Of a DNA stretch of 64,000 bases, positions 51,781-64,000 are shown piece after piece (position 1 is the first letter of the stretch; each line of letters begins with the position of its first letter). Position numbers and translations under genes: made by a program. The notes below the pieces were generated by a model. That model ran no database searches. It was not told the DNA's origin and saw only the letters and a program-made list of their open reading frames with translations. Source of the DNA: Mobula hypostoma (lineage: Eukaryota); the NCBI RefSeq assembly GCF_963921235.1, contig NC_086108.1, positions 41,232,001-41,296,000 of the forward strand, in the 5' to 3' direction.

Positions 51781-51979
51781 CAAAACACACAAAATGCTGG
51801 AGGAATTCAGTAAATCAAGCTACATCTAGAGAGAGAAATGAACAATACTGGTGAAGATGCTTGGCCCAAAATATTGACTGTTTATTTCCCTCCAAAGATG
51901 CTGTCTAAAGTGCTGAGTTTCTCCAGCATTTTGTGTCTACTGCCCAAGATTTCCAGCATCTGCAGAATCTCTTGTGTTT
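51781..51979. mobile_element. Penelope pLTR fold-back mini-element
   Basis: Inverted arms 'acacaaaatgctggag' / 'ctccagcattttgtgt'. TSD CTTNAAGAAGCAA at 51768-51780 and 51980-51992. Confidence 0.8.
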
Positions 51980-52135
51980 CTTCAAGAAGCAAGTTCCTAA
52001 TAATCATTTAGATTAGTTTAAACGAGGATCTTCAAAGTATTGTATAACCATTGTATGTGATGACAGTTTGTTTGTAAAGAATCTAATTGGTCAAGACTTT
52101 GTGCTTTGCTGAGATGTGGCAGCAAAATGATGGAG

Positions 52136-52910
52136 ATGGCCGCACGGTAGCGTAGCGCTTAGTGAAACGCTACTACAGCAGCAGGAACCTGGGTTCAATT
52201 TCATTGCTGTCTGTAAGGAGTCTGTACATTCTCTCCTTGACCGTGTGGGGTTCCTCTCACATTCAAAGACATGCAGGTTAGTTGATCGCACAGGTGCAAT
52301 TGGGTAGTTCAAAGGTTTCAAAGGTACATTTAATGTCAGAGAAATGTATACAATATACATCCTGAAATTCTTTTTCTTTGCAAACATCCACGAAAACAGA
52401 GGAGTGCCTCAAAGAATGAGTGACAATTAAATGTCAGAACCCCAAAGCGCCCCCCCAGCTCCCCCCACCCACGCATAAGCAGCAGCAAGGCAACAACCCC
52501 CCCACCAGCAAAAAAAAACATCAGCGCACCCCCCCCCACACACACACCGAGCACTCACGCGTGCAGCAAAGCTTCAATAAAGACATAGATTTGCAGTACC
52601 CCAAAGTCTACTCGTTCACCCGGTAATCCGACATACCACAGGCTCTCTCTCTCCCTAATAAGGGAAAAAGAGGTGTCCCCGTTTCGCAGCAAGGGGGGAG
52701 ACATAACAACAACTCACTGATTTACGATGTTAAACGTCTGTTGCGTCGCTTCTTGTGAGCTCTGTGCCCAAAGAACTCGGGTCTCTGGGCACACAGCCAG
52801 CAGCCAGCTCAATGCTTTCCATCTTCCCACGACACATCAGCTAACGCTCATTAGGCCTGAAGAGCCAGTTCCTCTGCTTTATGCCTAAGTAGATAAGTAA
52901 GATAAAATGC
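52136..52910 (+). mobile_element. V-SINE interrupted by a minus-strand LINE 3'UTR-like insertion (~52307-52845)
   Basis: tRNA head 'ggccgcacggtagcgtagcg...gggttcaatt' and V-domain. The tail resumes at ~52848. The insert starts with a (TTCAAAGG)-type tail. Confidence 0.7.
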
Positions 52911-54976
52911 TGCTAAGAAAGATGCAGGCGACACTTTGGAATGACATTCTTTTTCCCAGCTGCTGGCTGCTGTGGTCAGGTGTCAGAAGGTCCCTGGAGT
53001 CCAGTGACAATGATGACATTGCACTTCCTGAGCAGCCAATCACATGGAAAGCTTCTCATGAATACAGGCTTAAACAATAATGTTCAGGTGATAACTTAAA
53101 CATTTCTTCAGAGACTGAAACAGGATTAGAGCATAAGAAGCTGAAATAAATAGTATTAAAAATAAAATTACAATGCATTGTATTATGAAGTACCTGTGTG
53201 AGGAAGCTACAAACTGCATGTCATTATATTGACATTCTGCATAGTAAATAATTGTCTTTCAAGGTCATTTGCATTGTGCTTACTTCAAAAATACCTGCTT
53301 TTTTGTCATTTCTATTAATTACAGTAGAAAAGAACATAAAACAGAGCAGCTCATGTTAGAACAGAGAATCACTACCAGCAACTTTTTGATTTCTCCTGCA
53401 AGCTGTAAATGTGGAAATCCTGAAGTTGTCAGTTTCACTTGTCAGTGGCCTATGCTAATAGTTCCACTGTCCTTGCAGCCACCAAAACAACAACAGAGCT
53501 CATTCTTTCATTTCTTTGCATCCTGGTGTTTCTCTGCGTGAATTACATGCTTCCTTGTAGCTTTTAATGTATGTAACACTGGAATAATGGGCAATTGTTC
53601 CAGGTGTCTCATTAGTGGGGAAAGACTCAACGAAAGGCAGAATAAAACTGGCAGATATTAAACTTTGACATCAGGTAAATGAATTGAGTGCATCAATTTG
53701 CGGTGAATATAAAAATGAATATCATTTATGAATGCAATGATATATACTGAGTTGTTCCCAGTTGCCATCATTGGTCTCATTAGAATCAAACCACACATGA
53801 TTAAAATGTAACATGGAAGCAAATAGATATCACAGATGTTAGACCGCAGTCTCTTCATGTGAATTATCAGCACTCTGTAGTCTGTCAATGGCCTAGTGTC
53901 TGATTAAAAAGGCTTTTTTGTAACTGGCGTGTTCCAAATCCTCAGTTTTTGTTTTTGTTGGCCTGAATTTAATGGGATTGAATTCAAAGCAGTGTAACGG
54001 TACAGCTATCTCTCTCAAGCCCTGTCATGAACATGATAAAAACATCGGGTTTTTAAGCCTGCATTCCCTTATGCAATAGTCTCCCCACATCTTACACAAG
54101 TGAATCTTGTGTAGTCTGTAAGAGAAAAACTGCTGCTCTGTTGTTCTGTGTTCCGGTGGAAGGCTTCTACTCTTTGGGTCTCTATAGCCCGAAATCATCG
54201 ACGTCCAGAGTACTTCAGTATTCTCTAAGCCACCTTGGAAGTGATTGCATCAACACACGGCACACCATATGAGCACTGATAGCAAATTAACAAAGTAGAT
54301 TGTTTTAATAGAAATTAATCAAGTAAACCACATGTAGAGTAACACAAGATTGCAGCGAATGGCTGATATTCAATAGTACATTCTTCTCCTATCAGTGGTG
54401 AATGTAACTCCTTTTTGATTCAGCTTTACCTAGAATTGGCACCATATCCAAAGCGTAGTCCCTCCCCCTCTCCCTCTTCCCCTCCTTCTTTTTATCTCAC
54501 ACTCTCTCTCTGTCTTTCAGACTCTCACACTTTCTCACTTCCCCTCTATCCCACACTTATTCAATCCATTTCTTAATCTTTGTTCTCCACTCTGTCCCTA
54601 TGCCCCTATGCCCCTCTGCTCCCCTCACCCTTTCTGTTTCTGACAAAAACTTTTACTATACTATAGCATGGTAAGGAAGGTGCAGCTGATGGTCAGAGAT
54701 TCTATAATCTGACTTATCCAAGCACTGTGCAACTGCCATGAAGTTATAGTTAAGTTCCCCGTTTTACTAAATTGTTCACAAGTGATATCCCTTATCCAGG
54801 ACAAGGAGATGCATAGTAGAACAGAATTATATCTAAACCATATATCCCCTGTTCCTATGTATGTTTCCTATACTTTTCAAAAGAAAGTAAAACTGCCAAT
54901 TTTGAAAACCTAGAAATTCATTTCCTAAGTTCTCTATAAGGTTCAATAAAATTATTCACATGTCTACTTTTGGTGG

Positions 54977-55409
54977 GTAGTGGGTAGTGGCTCCATATGT
55001 CACCACTACAGGGAGTGACGACTCTGCCTCACACGAGTCCCGGGCTCAGCTGGCTCCGGCTGACAGTACCCGGTATGGGCCCATATCCAGGGTTACGGAT
55101 CCCACTGCCTTGTGGGTATCTTCAGGGGAAGAGAAGGCTAAGGAGTAAACCCAACACAAATCCGGAGTGGAGCCCCTGAGGCAGTTGGATGATGTATCAC
55201 GTCACCTCCCGGCAACTCCTGCAGCCAAGCTGATGCCAAATGTACTGCTTCGCATTCCTTTGGAATACATCCGCGAGGCCGAGTGGGGGGTTCTTGATGT
55301 CTGGGCAGCCCAGGATCTCCATATTCATCGCCCAGATCTGCACCCCGGAAAACCGGGCGCATTCATTGTCTACTTAGACAGATGGAGCCATTAATAATTA
55401 ATAATTAAT
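54977..55409 (+). mobile_element. Non-autonomous bipartite RTE-type retroelement (5'UTR joined to 3' tail)
   Basis: 9-bp TSD TTTTGGTGG (54968-54976 and 55410-55418), RTE-like 3' end 'cattgtctacttagacagatggagcc', (TTAATAA)n tail, GC-rich structured body and no Pol III boxes. Confidence 0.75.
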
Positions 55410-55835
55410 TTTTGGTGGCAGCCTCTGGTTTGGAATGTGCCTGAGCAAAGTGACCACAATGAAGACAATCACCTACATATGCCTGTTAAAGATTTCAGTC
55501 CCAGCTCGAGTGGAGGATCACGCAGTACTGGGGCAATAAACTCATGCTTGGTGTAGAATGAAGCTGTATACACTGTCTTTTCGGACAGTTTGACGTCTCA
55601 TTTGCAGACATTATTATCCATAAATCAAAACCAGGATAGAAATACTACTCAACAAATAACTTTCAGTACATTCATCAACTTTGAGATCCTTAATATGCAA
55701 TTCATAGTCATAGTCATACTTTATTGATCCCGGGGGGAATTCTGTGCATGGTAAGAAGATCAGTGTCAGTACCACGCTTGCATTTCAGTTGAAGACTGAC
55801 AATAATGAAGATGGTGTTAAATTGAAAGTACAAGA

Positions 55836-56493
55836 GATTCTGCAGATGCTGTAAATCCAGAGCAAACACACACAGAAAGCTGGGGGAGCTCAGCAAGTCA
55901 GGCAGCATCTGGAGGGAAATAAGCAGTTGACATTTCGGGCCAAGACCCTTCATCAGGACTGGAAAAGCAGGGGGACAGAAACCAAAAAAAGAAAGTAGGA
56001 TAAGGGGAAGGAACACAAGCTAGCAGGTGACAGGTGAGACCAGGTGAGGAACGGGAGATGAAATAAGAAGCTGGGAGCTACTGCCCCTCCCTTTCTCTTT
56101 TGTCTTTTACCCCCATTCGGGTTACCCTCTTACCCTCTCTCTTCTCCTCACCTACCTATCACTTCCCTCTGGTTCCCTTCCTCCCTCCTTGTTCTCAATG
56201 GTTCACCATCCTCTCCTATTGGACTCCTTCTTAAACCCTTTGCTTCTTCCACTGATCACCTCCCAGTGTCTTCAGCGCCCTTCACCTGCTCTCACCTATC
56301 ACCTGCCAGCTTGTACTCCTCCCCGTCTCTCGCCTTCATATTCTGAATCCTGCCTGTTTCATTTCCAGTCCTGATGAAGGGTCTTGAACCAAAACGTTGA
56401 CTGCTTATTCCCCTCCATAGATGCTGCCTGACTTCCCGGGTTCCTCCAGCTTTCTGTGTGTGTTTGCTTTGGGTTTACAGCATCTGCAGAATC
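55836..56493. mobile_element. Penelope-derived fold-back element with >200-bp inverted arms
   Basis: 55836-56047 is the reverse complement of 56282-56493. Each arm carries a hammerhead-like motif. Confidence 0.9.
55924..55961 (-). ncRNA. Minimal hammerhead ribozyme motif (core intact, one stem I mismatch)
   Basis: Minus strand: CAGUC-CUGAUGA-A-GGGUCUUGGCCC-GAAA-UG-UC^-AACUG. Confidence 0.6.
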
Positions 56494-56647
56494 ACATTAT
56501 ATGATGAGTTTGTTTCGCAATGAGTTGGCTCAGGAATGAAACAAACTCCCTAAGTTGGGGTGGAAAACTTCACCAAACTGCTTTAGATCCAATAGGTAAG
56601 TGACACACCTCCCAACCAATTCGCACCAGAATTTTTGCCAGATAAAT

Positions 56648-57035
56648 GGGTCAGCACAGTGGCACATCTAGTAGAGCCATTGCCTCACAATTCCAGAGAC
56701 ATGAGTTCATTCTGATCTCCGGTTCAGTCTGTGTGGAGTTTGCACATTCTTCCTCCCTATAGCTGCATCAGATTCCTCACACAGACTAAAGACACGCAGA
56801 ATGGTTGCTTCAACTAGCCACCGTAAATTAGCGGAGAGGTGTGTTGTGGAACCTTGGGGAGTTTATGAGAAGAAATGTTAAAATGTAAAATTCATGTACA
56901 CGGAGTAGTTAATAGTAGGCATTAATCATTGCCAGGCTTTAGCTGAGAGAATTAATAAAATCAAGAAGTAATTTAAGCTCTTCAGCGCAAGTTTCGGTCA
57001 CCCAAAGGACCTGTTTCCGTGCTGTATCTCTCCAT
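56648..57035 (+). mobile_element. V-SINE (HE1-like)
   Basis: tRNA-like head, 'gtctgtgtggagtttgcacattct', and tail 'aaggacctgtttccgtgctgtatctctc'. Confidence 0.75.
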
Positions 57036-58021
57036 ATAATGATGCTTAATACGTCAAATGACAGATCTGTTTGTCATTTATAAACGGAGCATTTTATCTG
57101 CTCAACCTAATAGTTTTATAGCCTATTCTGATAACACATGGGGTAGCAAACACTAGTAGCCTTTGGTTAAGCAGCCTCCCGAAATCTTGTCTAGTCCACA
57201 GCATGATTAGTAACAATGAAGGCTTGTCAGATAGCAGTCATATAGAACGATAGTGCAGCTAAGACCTGACACCGTTTTTGAGATTATGCTGATTGTACCA
57301 CTTAAAACAGCATCAATGCTATTTTATATTACCTTGAGGAATGTCAGGCATGAACCCAGTTGAGATTCGTGATTTGCTAATCTAAATTCAGATTGACTAA
57401 ATTTACAAAGCATGCTGTCAAGTTGTTCAATGGCCACCTTGCTGCAAAGCTTAAAAGACGTGTATAATCTGAGTTCAAACCACATTCAATGGGCCAAATT
57501 TATTAGTGTAACAATGAACTCAAAAGCCCAAAACAATTCAGTTCTGATTCAGCAGAAAGTGTGGAATGGCAGCTTGGATTTCTTGAAGATACACCACAGA
57601 ATAATACCCTGCAAGTAGGGGACCACCCATTCTCTTTGCAGTTGAATGTCAAATTAATTGATGGATGTGAATTATGTTCAAAGGAATTGCACTAACAGAA
57701 CGTGGCAGTACAAGCCAGAATTAGCCAAAAGAAAATGCTGCAGAGATTGGACACTAAAATAAAAACAGAAAACACTGTAAATCATCAAAGATCTAAATTC
57801 AATTATCCCCTGCTTTTGCTATCTGATCTGCAGAGAGTTTACAGCGTTTTGTCTTTTCTTATTTAAAAACTTAGAGCTTATGAGGACTGGAAAAATTAGG
57901 TCCTGATCTAGAAAGCAATCTCATTCACTCCATGAAGCCATTTTCAAGTCTTCCACTGTGGATTTGGTTTGGCCAGTATATGCTGCATGTAATTAAAGTC
58001 TCTCATTGTTGTATTGTAGGT

Positions 58022-58140
58022 ACAAATGATTCTGCAGATGCTGGAAATCCAGAGCAGCACACACAAAATGTTAGAGGAACTCAGCAGATCAGGCAGCACC
58101 CATGGAAAGAAATAAACAGTTGTGACCCTTTATCGGGGCT
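58022..58140 (-). mobile_element. Solo Penelope pLTR, hammerhead partly deleted
   Basis: 'gattctgcagatgctggaaatcc...gaggaactcagcagatcaggcagc'. Confidence 0.75.
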
Positions 58141-58252
58141 ATTGAATTAGTACATTCCCATTATCATTATTGCATTATCTTTGCTACATGGACCTCTAAT
58201 TTCTTGATTTATACAATAGCTCACATTACAATATTCTTGCTCTGACTCTTTC

Positions 58253-59170
58253 TTAGATTAGATTAGATTCAACTTTATTGTCATTATGCCGAGTACAGAT
58301 ACAAAGCCAATGAAATGCATTTAGCATCTGACCAGAAATGCAAAGAATAGTGTTATTTACAACATAACTACGAATAAAAAGAAGTGCTATAACACACAAC
58401 TATAACAGTACTGAGACAGTACAATATGGGTGCAATACTGCTTAGCGCTGTGATGTGAGGTTCAGCAGTGTCACAGCCTCAGGGAAGAAGCTCTTCCTGT
58501 GCCTGCTGGTGCGGGAACCGAGGCTCCTGTAGTGCCTACTGGATTGGAGGAGAATAAAAAGTCCATGGTTAGGGTGAGATGCATCCCTGATAATGCTTTT
58601 CGCCCTGCCCAGGCAACGTTTATGGTAGATGTTCTTAATGGTGGGCAATTGGATGCCGATAATCCACTGGGCAGTTTTCACCACCCGCTGGAGTGCTTTA
58701 CGGTCTGATATGGAACAATTGCCATACCACACTGAGATGCAGTTGGTGACTATGCTCTCAATGGTACAGCGGAAAAAGTCCGTCAGTATCCTGGGACAGA
58801 GGTGAGCTTTCTTCATGCTCCGCCGGAAATAAAGCGCTTTTGCGCCTTTTTGATCAGGTTGGAGGAGTTCAGGGACCAGGTGAGATCCTCGGAAATGTGG
58901 ACACCAAGGATTCGGAAGTTTGATACACGCTCCACTACAGTTCCGTTGATGTAGATGGGGACGTGAGTGTGACTCCTGGCATGCCTGAAGTCCACAATGA
59001 TCTCCTTGGTCTTCTGGGTGTTAAGGGCCAGATTGTTGTTGGCACACCACGCAGCCAGGTGCTGGACCTCGTCCCTGTAGGCCGTCTCGTCATCCCCTCT
59101 GATCAGACCAACCACTGTGGTGTCGTCTGCAAACTTGATTATGGAGTTAGAACCATGTACAGGAACGCAT
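58253..59170 (-). mobile_element. Rex1/Babar-type LINE, 5'-truncated, (ATCTA)n tail
   Basis: ORF 58813..59115 (YRDEVQHLAAWCANNNLALNTQKTKEIIVDFR) and ORF 58442..58816, with KFADDTT upstream. Confidence 0.92.
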
Positions 59171-59984
59171 GTACAGTTAGCTCCACCCAGCTGAATCTAC
59201 CTAATTTTCTGGAGCTATATTTCATTATTTTCCTGCTTTTATGCAGTTCAATAATGCAGCCACAACCTTTTCTACTTTGCATATCACTTTTAAAAGTTAC
59301 GTAATCTAGAATGTGTAGTTCCCAGCCATACGCACATTGTAGCCAATTTGACAATGGCTATTAGACCTTAAATAATTATTTCTATGTGTTGTTAGCTTAC
59401 CTACATTTTGAATTCTTTGTAATGAATATCTCGTGCCCTTAGGTAAAAAGTCTTTAATTTTGTTAACTATGATTCATTCTGCCTTGTGATACTGTGCACT
59501 GTGGCCTTGCTCTTTCTTTAAAAATCTTTACGTTTCCCCTCACTTTTATTGACCAATTCCAAAGCTCTGTGCTCAGACAAAATCCGAAGCTGTGCAGAGA
59601 ACAGCTCAATGCTCCAGTAAACTGTATGGCTCTCGCTGGAGAAGGTGGTGCCAAGGAACTCCAAGTTCTTATCCCTTGGCGCTGGTTCCACCACCATAGT
59701 TATTCCCACCTCCCTCCATCCCAACCACCATCCTCACAGCCCCTTCATTATCACATGAACAGACCTGTGCCAAGTCTTCCTATTTCATCAGGAAGTGCTG
59801 CATGTTTGTCACACTTCTATTATTGCTGCTGTGGTGACTTGCATTACCGTAAACATCAATATATCAGCCTTATATGTCAATGATTTGGATAATGGAATTG
59901 ATGCCCCTGTTGCAAAGTTTGCAAACAATACGAAGATAAGTGGAGGGGCAAGTAGTTTTAAGGAAGTAGAACATCTACAGAAGG

Positions 59985-62160
59985 ATAGACAAATATCCAG
60001 TGTGCAAAAGACAAGAAAGTGAGCAAATACAAAAGATAAATAATAATATTAAAAAGCAGTGAATATTGAGAACATGAGATGAAGAGTCTTTCAAAGTGAT
60101 TCCATAGCTTGTGGGAACAGTTCAGTGATGGGGCGATTGAAGCTACCCTCTCTGGTTCAAGGGCATGATGGTTGAGGTGTTATTACTGTTGCTGAACCTG
60201 GTCATGTTGGTCTCGAGGCTCATGTACCTTCTTCCTGATGGCAGCAGTGAGAAGAGAATGTGGCCTGGGTGATGGGAGTCCTTGATAATGGATGCCGCTT
60301 TCCTGTGATAGCACTCAGTTTAGATCTGGTCAATGATGAGAAGGTTTTACCCGTGATGTACTGGGATGTATCCATTACTTTTTGTAGGATTTTCCATCAG
60401 GATATTAGTGTTTCCTTACCAAACATGGATGCAGCCAGTCAATACACTCTCAATCACACAAAGTTTTAGATATCATGCCAAATCTTCGTAAATCTCAAAG
60501 GAAGTCTAGGCACTGTCGTGCTTTCTTTGTAAATACACTTACATGTTGGGCCCAGGAAAGATCCTCTGAAGCCATAACACTAAAGAATTTAAAGTTGCTG
60601 ACTCTCTTCACCTCTGGTCCCCTGATCGCCGATGAGGACTGGCTCATGGACCTCCAGTGACCTCCTCCTGAAGTCAGTAGTTAGCTCCTTGGTCTTGCTG
60701 ACATTGAGTGAGAGGTTGTCGTTGTAGCACCACTCAGCCAGATTTTCCATCTCCTTCCTATATGCTGATTTGTCACCACCTTTGATTCAGCCATTAACAG
60801 TGTTGAACATAGAAATCTACAGCACATTACAGGCCCTTCGGCCCAAGATGTTGTGCTGACCATGTAACCTACTCTAGAAACTGCCTAGTATTTCCCCACC
60901 ACATAGCCCTCTATTTTTCTAAGCTCCATGTACCTATCTAAGAGTCTCTTAAAAGACCCTATCGTAACCGCCTCTACCACCTTCACTGGCAGTGCATTCC
61001 ATGCACTCACCACTCTGTGTGAAAAACTTAGCTCTGCCATCCCCCTGTACCTACTTCCAAGCACCTTAAAACTATGCCCCCCCGGTGTTAGCCATTTCAG
61101 CCCTGGGAAAAAGCCTCTGGCTATCCACAAGATCAATGCCTCTCATCATCTTATACACGTCTATCAGGTCACCTCTCATCCTTTGTGCCTCCCAAGGAGA
61201 AAAGGCCAACTTCACTCAACCTATTCTCATAAGTCATGCTCTCCAAACCAGCCAACATCCTCGTAAATCTCCTCTGCACTCTGGCTATAGTATCCACATC
61301 CTTCCTGTAGTGTAGGTGACCAGAACTTCAGCAAACGTATTGACTTCAGCAAACTTAAATATGGCTTTGGAGCTATGCTTAGCTCATAGTCAAAAGGATA
61401 AAGTGAGTAGAGCAGGGAGTTAAGCACAAAGCCTCGTGTTGCAAAGCCCTGTGCTGATGGAGATTGTGGAGGAGATGGTGTTGCCAGTCCAAACTGACTG
61501 GGGTCTGCATGTGAGAAAATCGAGGATTAAATTGCACAAGAAGGTATTGAGACCAAATCTTGAAGCTTATTGGTTAGTTTTAAGGGGATGATAGTATTGA
61601 ATGCCGAGCTGTAGTCCATAAAGAGCATCCTGATGTACTCATCTTTGCTGTCCAGATGTTCCCAGGTTGAGTGAAGAGCTAATGAAAAGGCAGCTGCTGT
61701 AGACCTATTCCTCCGGTAGGTAAATTAGAGCTGATCCAGGTTGTGTCTCAGGCAGGAGTCGATGTGTTTCATCATCAGCCTCAAAGCTCTTTGTCACAGT
61801 GGATGTACTGAATGCTACTGGACGACAGTCATCGAGGCAGGTTACCACGTTCTTCTTAGGCACCGATATAATTGAAGCCTGCTTGAAACAGGTGGATACC
61901 TCAGACTGCCAAAACAAATATTTAAAGATATCAATGAGTACTCTGGCCAGTTGATCAGCACAGGCCTTTCGTACTTGAGCAGGTACTCCATCTGGCTGGA
62001 CGCTTTCCGTGGGTTCACCCTCCTGAAGGATGCTCTCACGTCAGCCTCAGAGACTGAAATCACAGGGTCATTGTGGGCTGTGGGAGTTCATGAAGGTTCC
62101 TCCGTGCTTTGACAGGCAAAGCAAACATAGAAGGTATTGAGCCCATCTGGGAGCGAAGCC
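59985..62160 (-). mobile_element. Degraded Rex1/Babar-type LINE with a nested CR1
   Basis: ORF 61842..62063 (SVSEADVRASFRRVNPRKA) and ORF 61705..61917 (TCFKQASIISVPKK...RPVA), with a 3'UTR at ~60000-60130. Confidence 0.88.
60805..61327 (-). mobile_element. CR1 3' fragment (second-subfamily-like) nested in Rex1
   Basis: ORF 60885..61136 (GHSFKVLGSRYRG...WNALP...LLDRYMELRKIEGY) and tail 'gaacatagaaa'. Confidence 0.9.
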
Positions 62161-62977
62161 CTATTGTTGCCCATGTCACCAAAAAACATAAATAGGAACA
62201 GGTGAAACTGGGAGCATTCTGCTTGGGTGGAGGAGTTCTAAAACCCGTGAAGGGCCTGCCTAGACTGATTACGTAGAAAGAAACCTTTTCCTTTGTTATA
62301 TCAGTTTAAAGAAATCATGCGGGGGCGGGGGGGGGGGGGTCGTAGTTAGACTGACAAAAGAACCAAAGATGAGAAACACAAGGGAGTAGCATTTTGTGCA
62401 GCAAGTGGTTGAGGTGTGATAGCTTGAGAGGATTAAAGAGGTTGTGTAGCAAATTCATTTGTGATGTTTAGGAAGTAAGTAAACAAGTACTTAGAAGGAA
62501 GGAATTTTGCAGAACTCTGGGAAGAGGTCATGGAAGTAGGACTAGCTAGATTGGCTTTGTTTACACTGGCACAATCTCAATGGCGCAATTCAGCCAGTGG
62601 CAGTACTGACTGCCTTCTATGTATATCTTCCTTCTATGTTGTAACCTTTCCAAAATTCTGCATCCTCAAGCTGCCAGTTAGCACTGGTGGATACAAAAAT
62701 TGTGCCTTCCTGAGTTAGGATCTGGCCCAAGTGGAAAGTGCAAGTAGAAACTGACTGAAGTAAACTGAATACACTCAATCTAGTCCTTTGTTTGTTTTAT
62801 ATCGCCCTGTAATCTACAGTGTTCAAATGGAGTGGGGGTGACCCAATTTTTAAGGCTTTCTTCACATTTGCAATTCATGTGTTTTAATAGGACAGTGGAC
62901 AAACTGAATTACATTTACTCAAACAAAATCTTTCCTTTCACCTCCCACTAAAGCTAAGCTTTTTTATCCTTCTAGAG

Positions 62978-63057
62978 CAGGGGTTCCCAATCTGGGATCC
63001 TCAGACCTGGTGGCTAATGGTAGGGACTTATATCATAAAAGAGGTTCATAACCCCTG
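62978..63057. mobile_element. 80-bp hAT (Charlie-like) MITE
   Basis: TIRs CAGGGGTT / AACCCCTG and an 8-bp TSD TTCTAGAG / TTCTAAAG that fits the NTCTAGAN target preference. Confidence 0.8.
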
Positions 63058-64000
63058 TTCTAAAGTTTAAAGTGAACTAATCTTCATGATAATTTAATAC
63101 TAGCTTTAAAAACAGTTCTGAGAATTATATCAAAGAACCTAAATGCTAAGATGAGAGACGTGCTCTATGATTTTTTTAAGTATGAATTATTATGGGAAAC
63201 CTTTAGCCTGCATTAAATTTGCCTTACCTTTCCCAGCTGACACAGTTCCATTCAGCACAACTTAAAGGAAATATGTGAGAATAAGACAGATTGTTAACAA
63301 GAAAGTCACTGAGTTAGCTGCACAGAGTTTCTCAAGATTTCAGTCATTTATCCTCACACTAATATTAGTTTCTAATCATTAATTAAATGCTGCCTGTACT
63401 GCACTTTTTCTCATCCTTATCTCACTTACAGTGTGCCAAAATATGCACGCATTCAAACAGCTGAAAATTATGCTGGATAAGGGAAATTTTCTCACGTTTG
63501 CTTAGTTTGAAAATGGAGCGTATTTCAACTCAGTCGTTCTGCCACTGCTTTCTCATCACAAGGACACTGTGAAAATAAACCTTAAGTACTTGTACATCTG
63601 ATTATGCACGGCTTAAAAAGTAATGATTGAAAATTATTTGCACTGTTTTGTCAATTTTAGCGTCATTATGAAATCATGATGAGTAGTCAAATCTATATAT
63701 GTAAATAATGAAATTTAGCTTTTTGAGTTATCACTGCAGAAAAAAAATCTTCCTCATTTTCAAACATGATCATTCCTTTACTGTTTTTCCCTTTGATTGA
63801 GGAGGGTGTGGATAAACTTTGCTCGGTGTATCCCCAGCATCTGGGCTCTCCCAGATGTACCAGAAACTCGAGTATGAGCGGCCTGTGATTTGCTCCTCAG
63901 GCAACAGATTGATCTTGATCATGACCTTCCACAAATGGTCATTTTTCAGTCTAGATAACACAATTAGACAAATGATTTAAAGGACCATCACAGGTGAGCC

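Noticed and set aside
54985..55075. HDV-like ribozyme at the 5' end of the RTE-type element
   Set aside because: RTE elements can carry these, but I could not build a consistent P1/P2/P3/P1.1 nested pseudoknot by hand; simple hairpins explain the sequence.
63496..63566. Minus-strand exon-like segment (ttttcacag ... gtgaga)
   Set aside because: It has stop codons in all three frames and no other support; at most a non-coding exon.

Overview
This is eukaryotic, repeat-dense, apparently non-genic (intronic or intergenic) DNA. The repeat repertoire suggests a cartilaginous fish, probably a ray (inference): CR1 LINEs, Rex1/Babar LINEs, Penelope-like elements, HE1-type V-SINEs, Deu-type SINEs and Tc1 elements. 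I could not support any host protein-coding gene; the recognisable ORFs are transposon-derived. The main element is a near full-length young CR1 LINE (~41818-45955, minus strand) with an intact zinc-finger/coiled-coil/SGNH-esterase ORF1 and an ORF2 carrying two lesions. ORF2 has no usable AUG and overlaps ORF1 by only 13 nt in the -1 frame, and that overlap contains a canonical U_UUA_AAC slippery heptamer. The heptamer recurs in a diverged second CR1 copy, so a -1 programmed frameshift giving an ORF1-ORF2 fusion is predicted. Other notable items: minimal hammerhead ribozymes in two Penelope families; fold-back Penelope cassettes with long target-site duplications (TSDs); a small RTE-derived element whose 5' and 3' ends are complementary; a shared RTE 5'UTR-like domain in three different short elements; and several multi-level nested insertions. 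Family assignments come from recognised motifs, not database searches, and boundaries of old copies are approximate.
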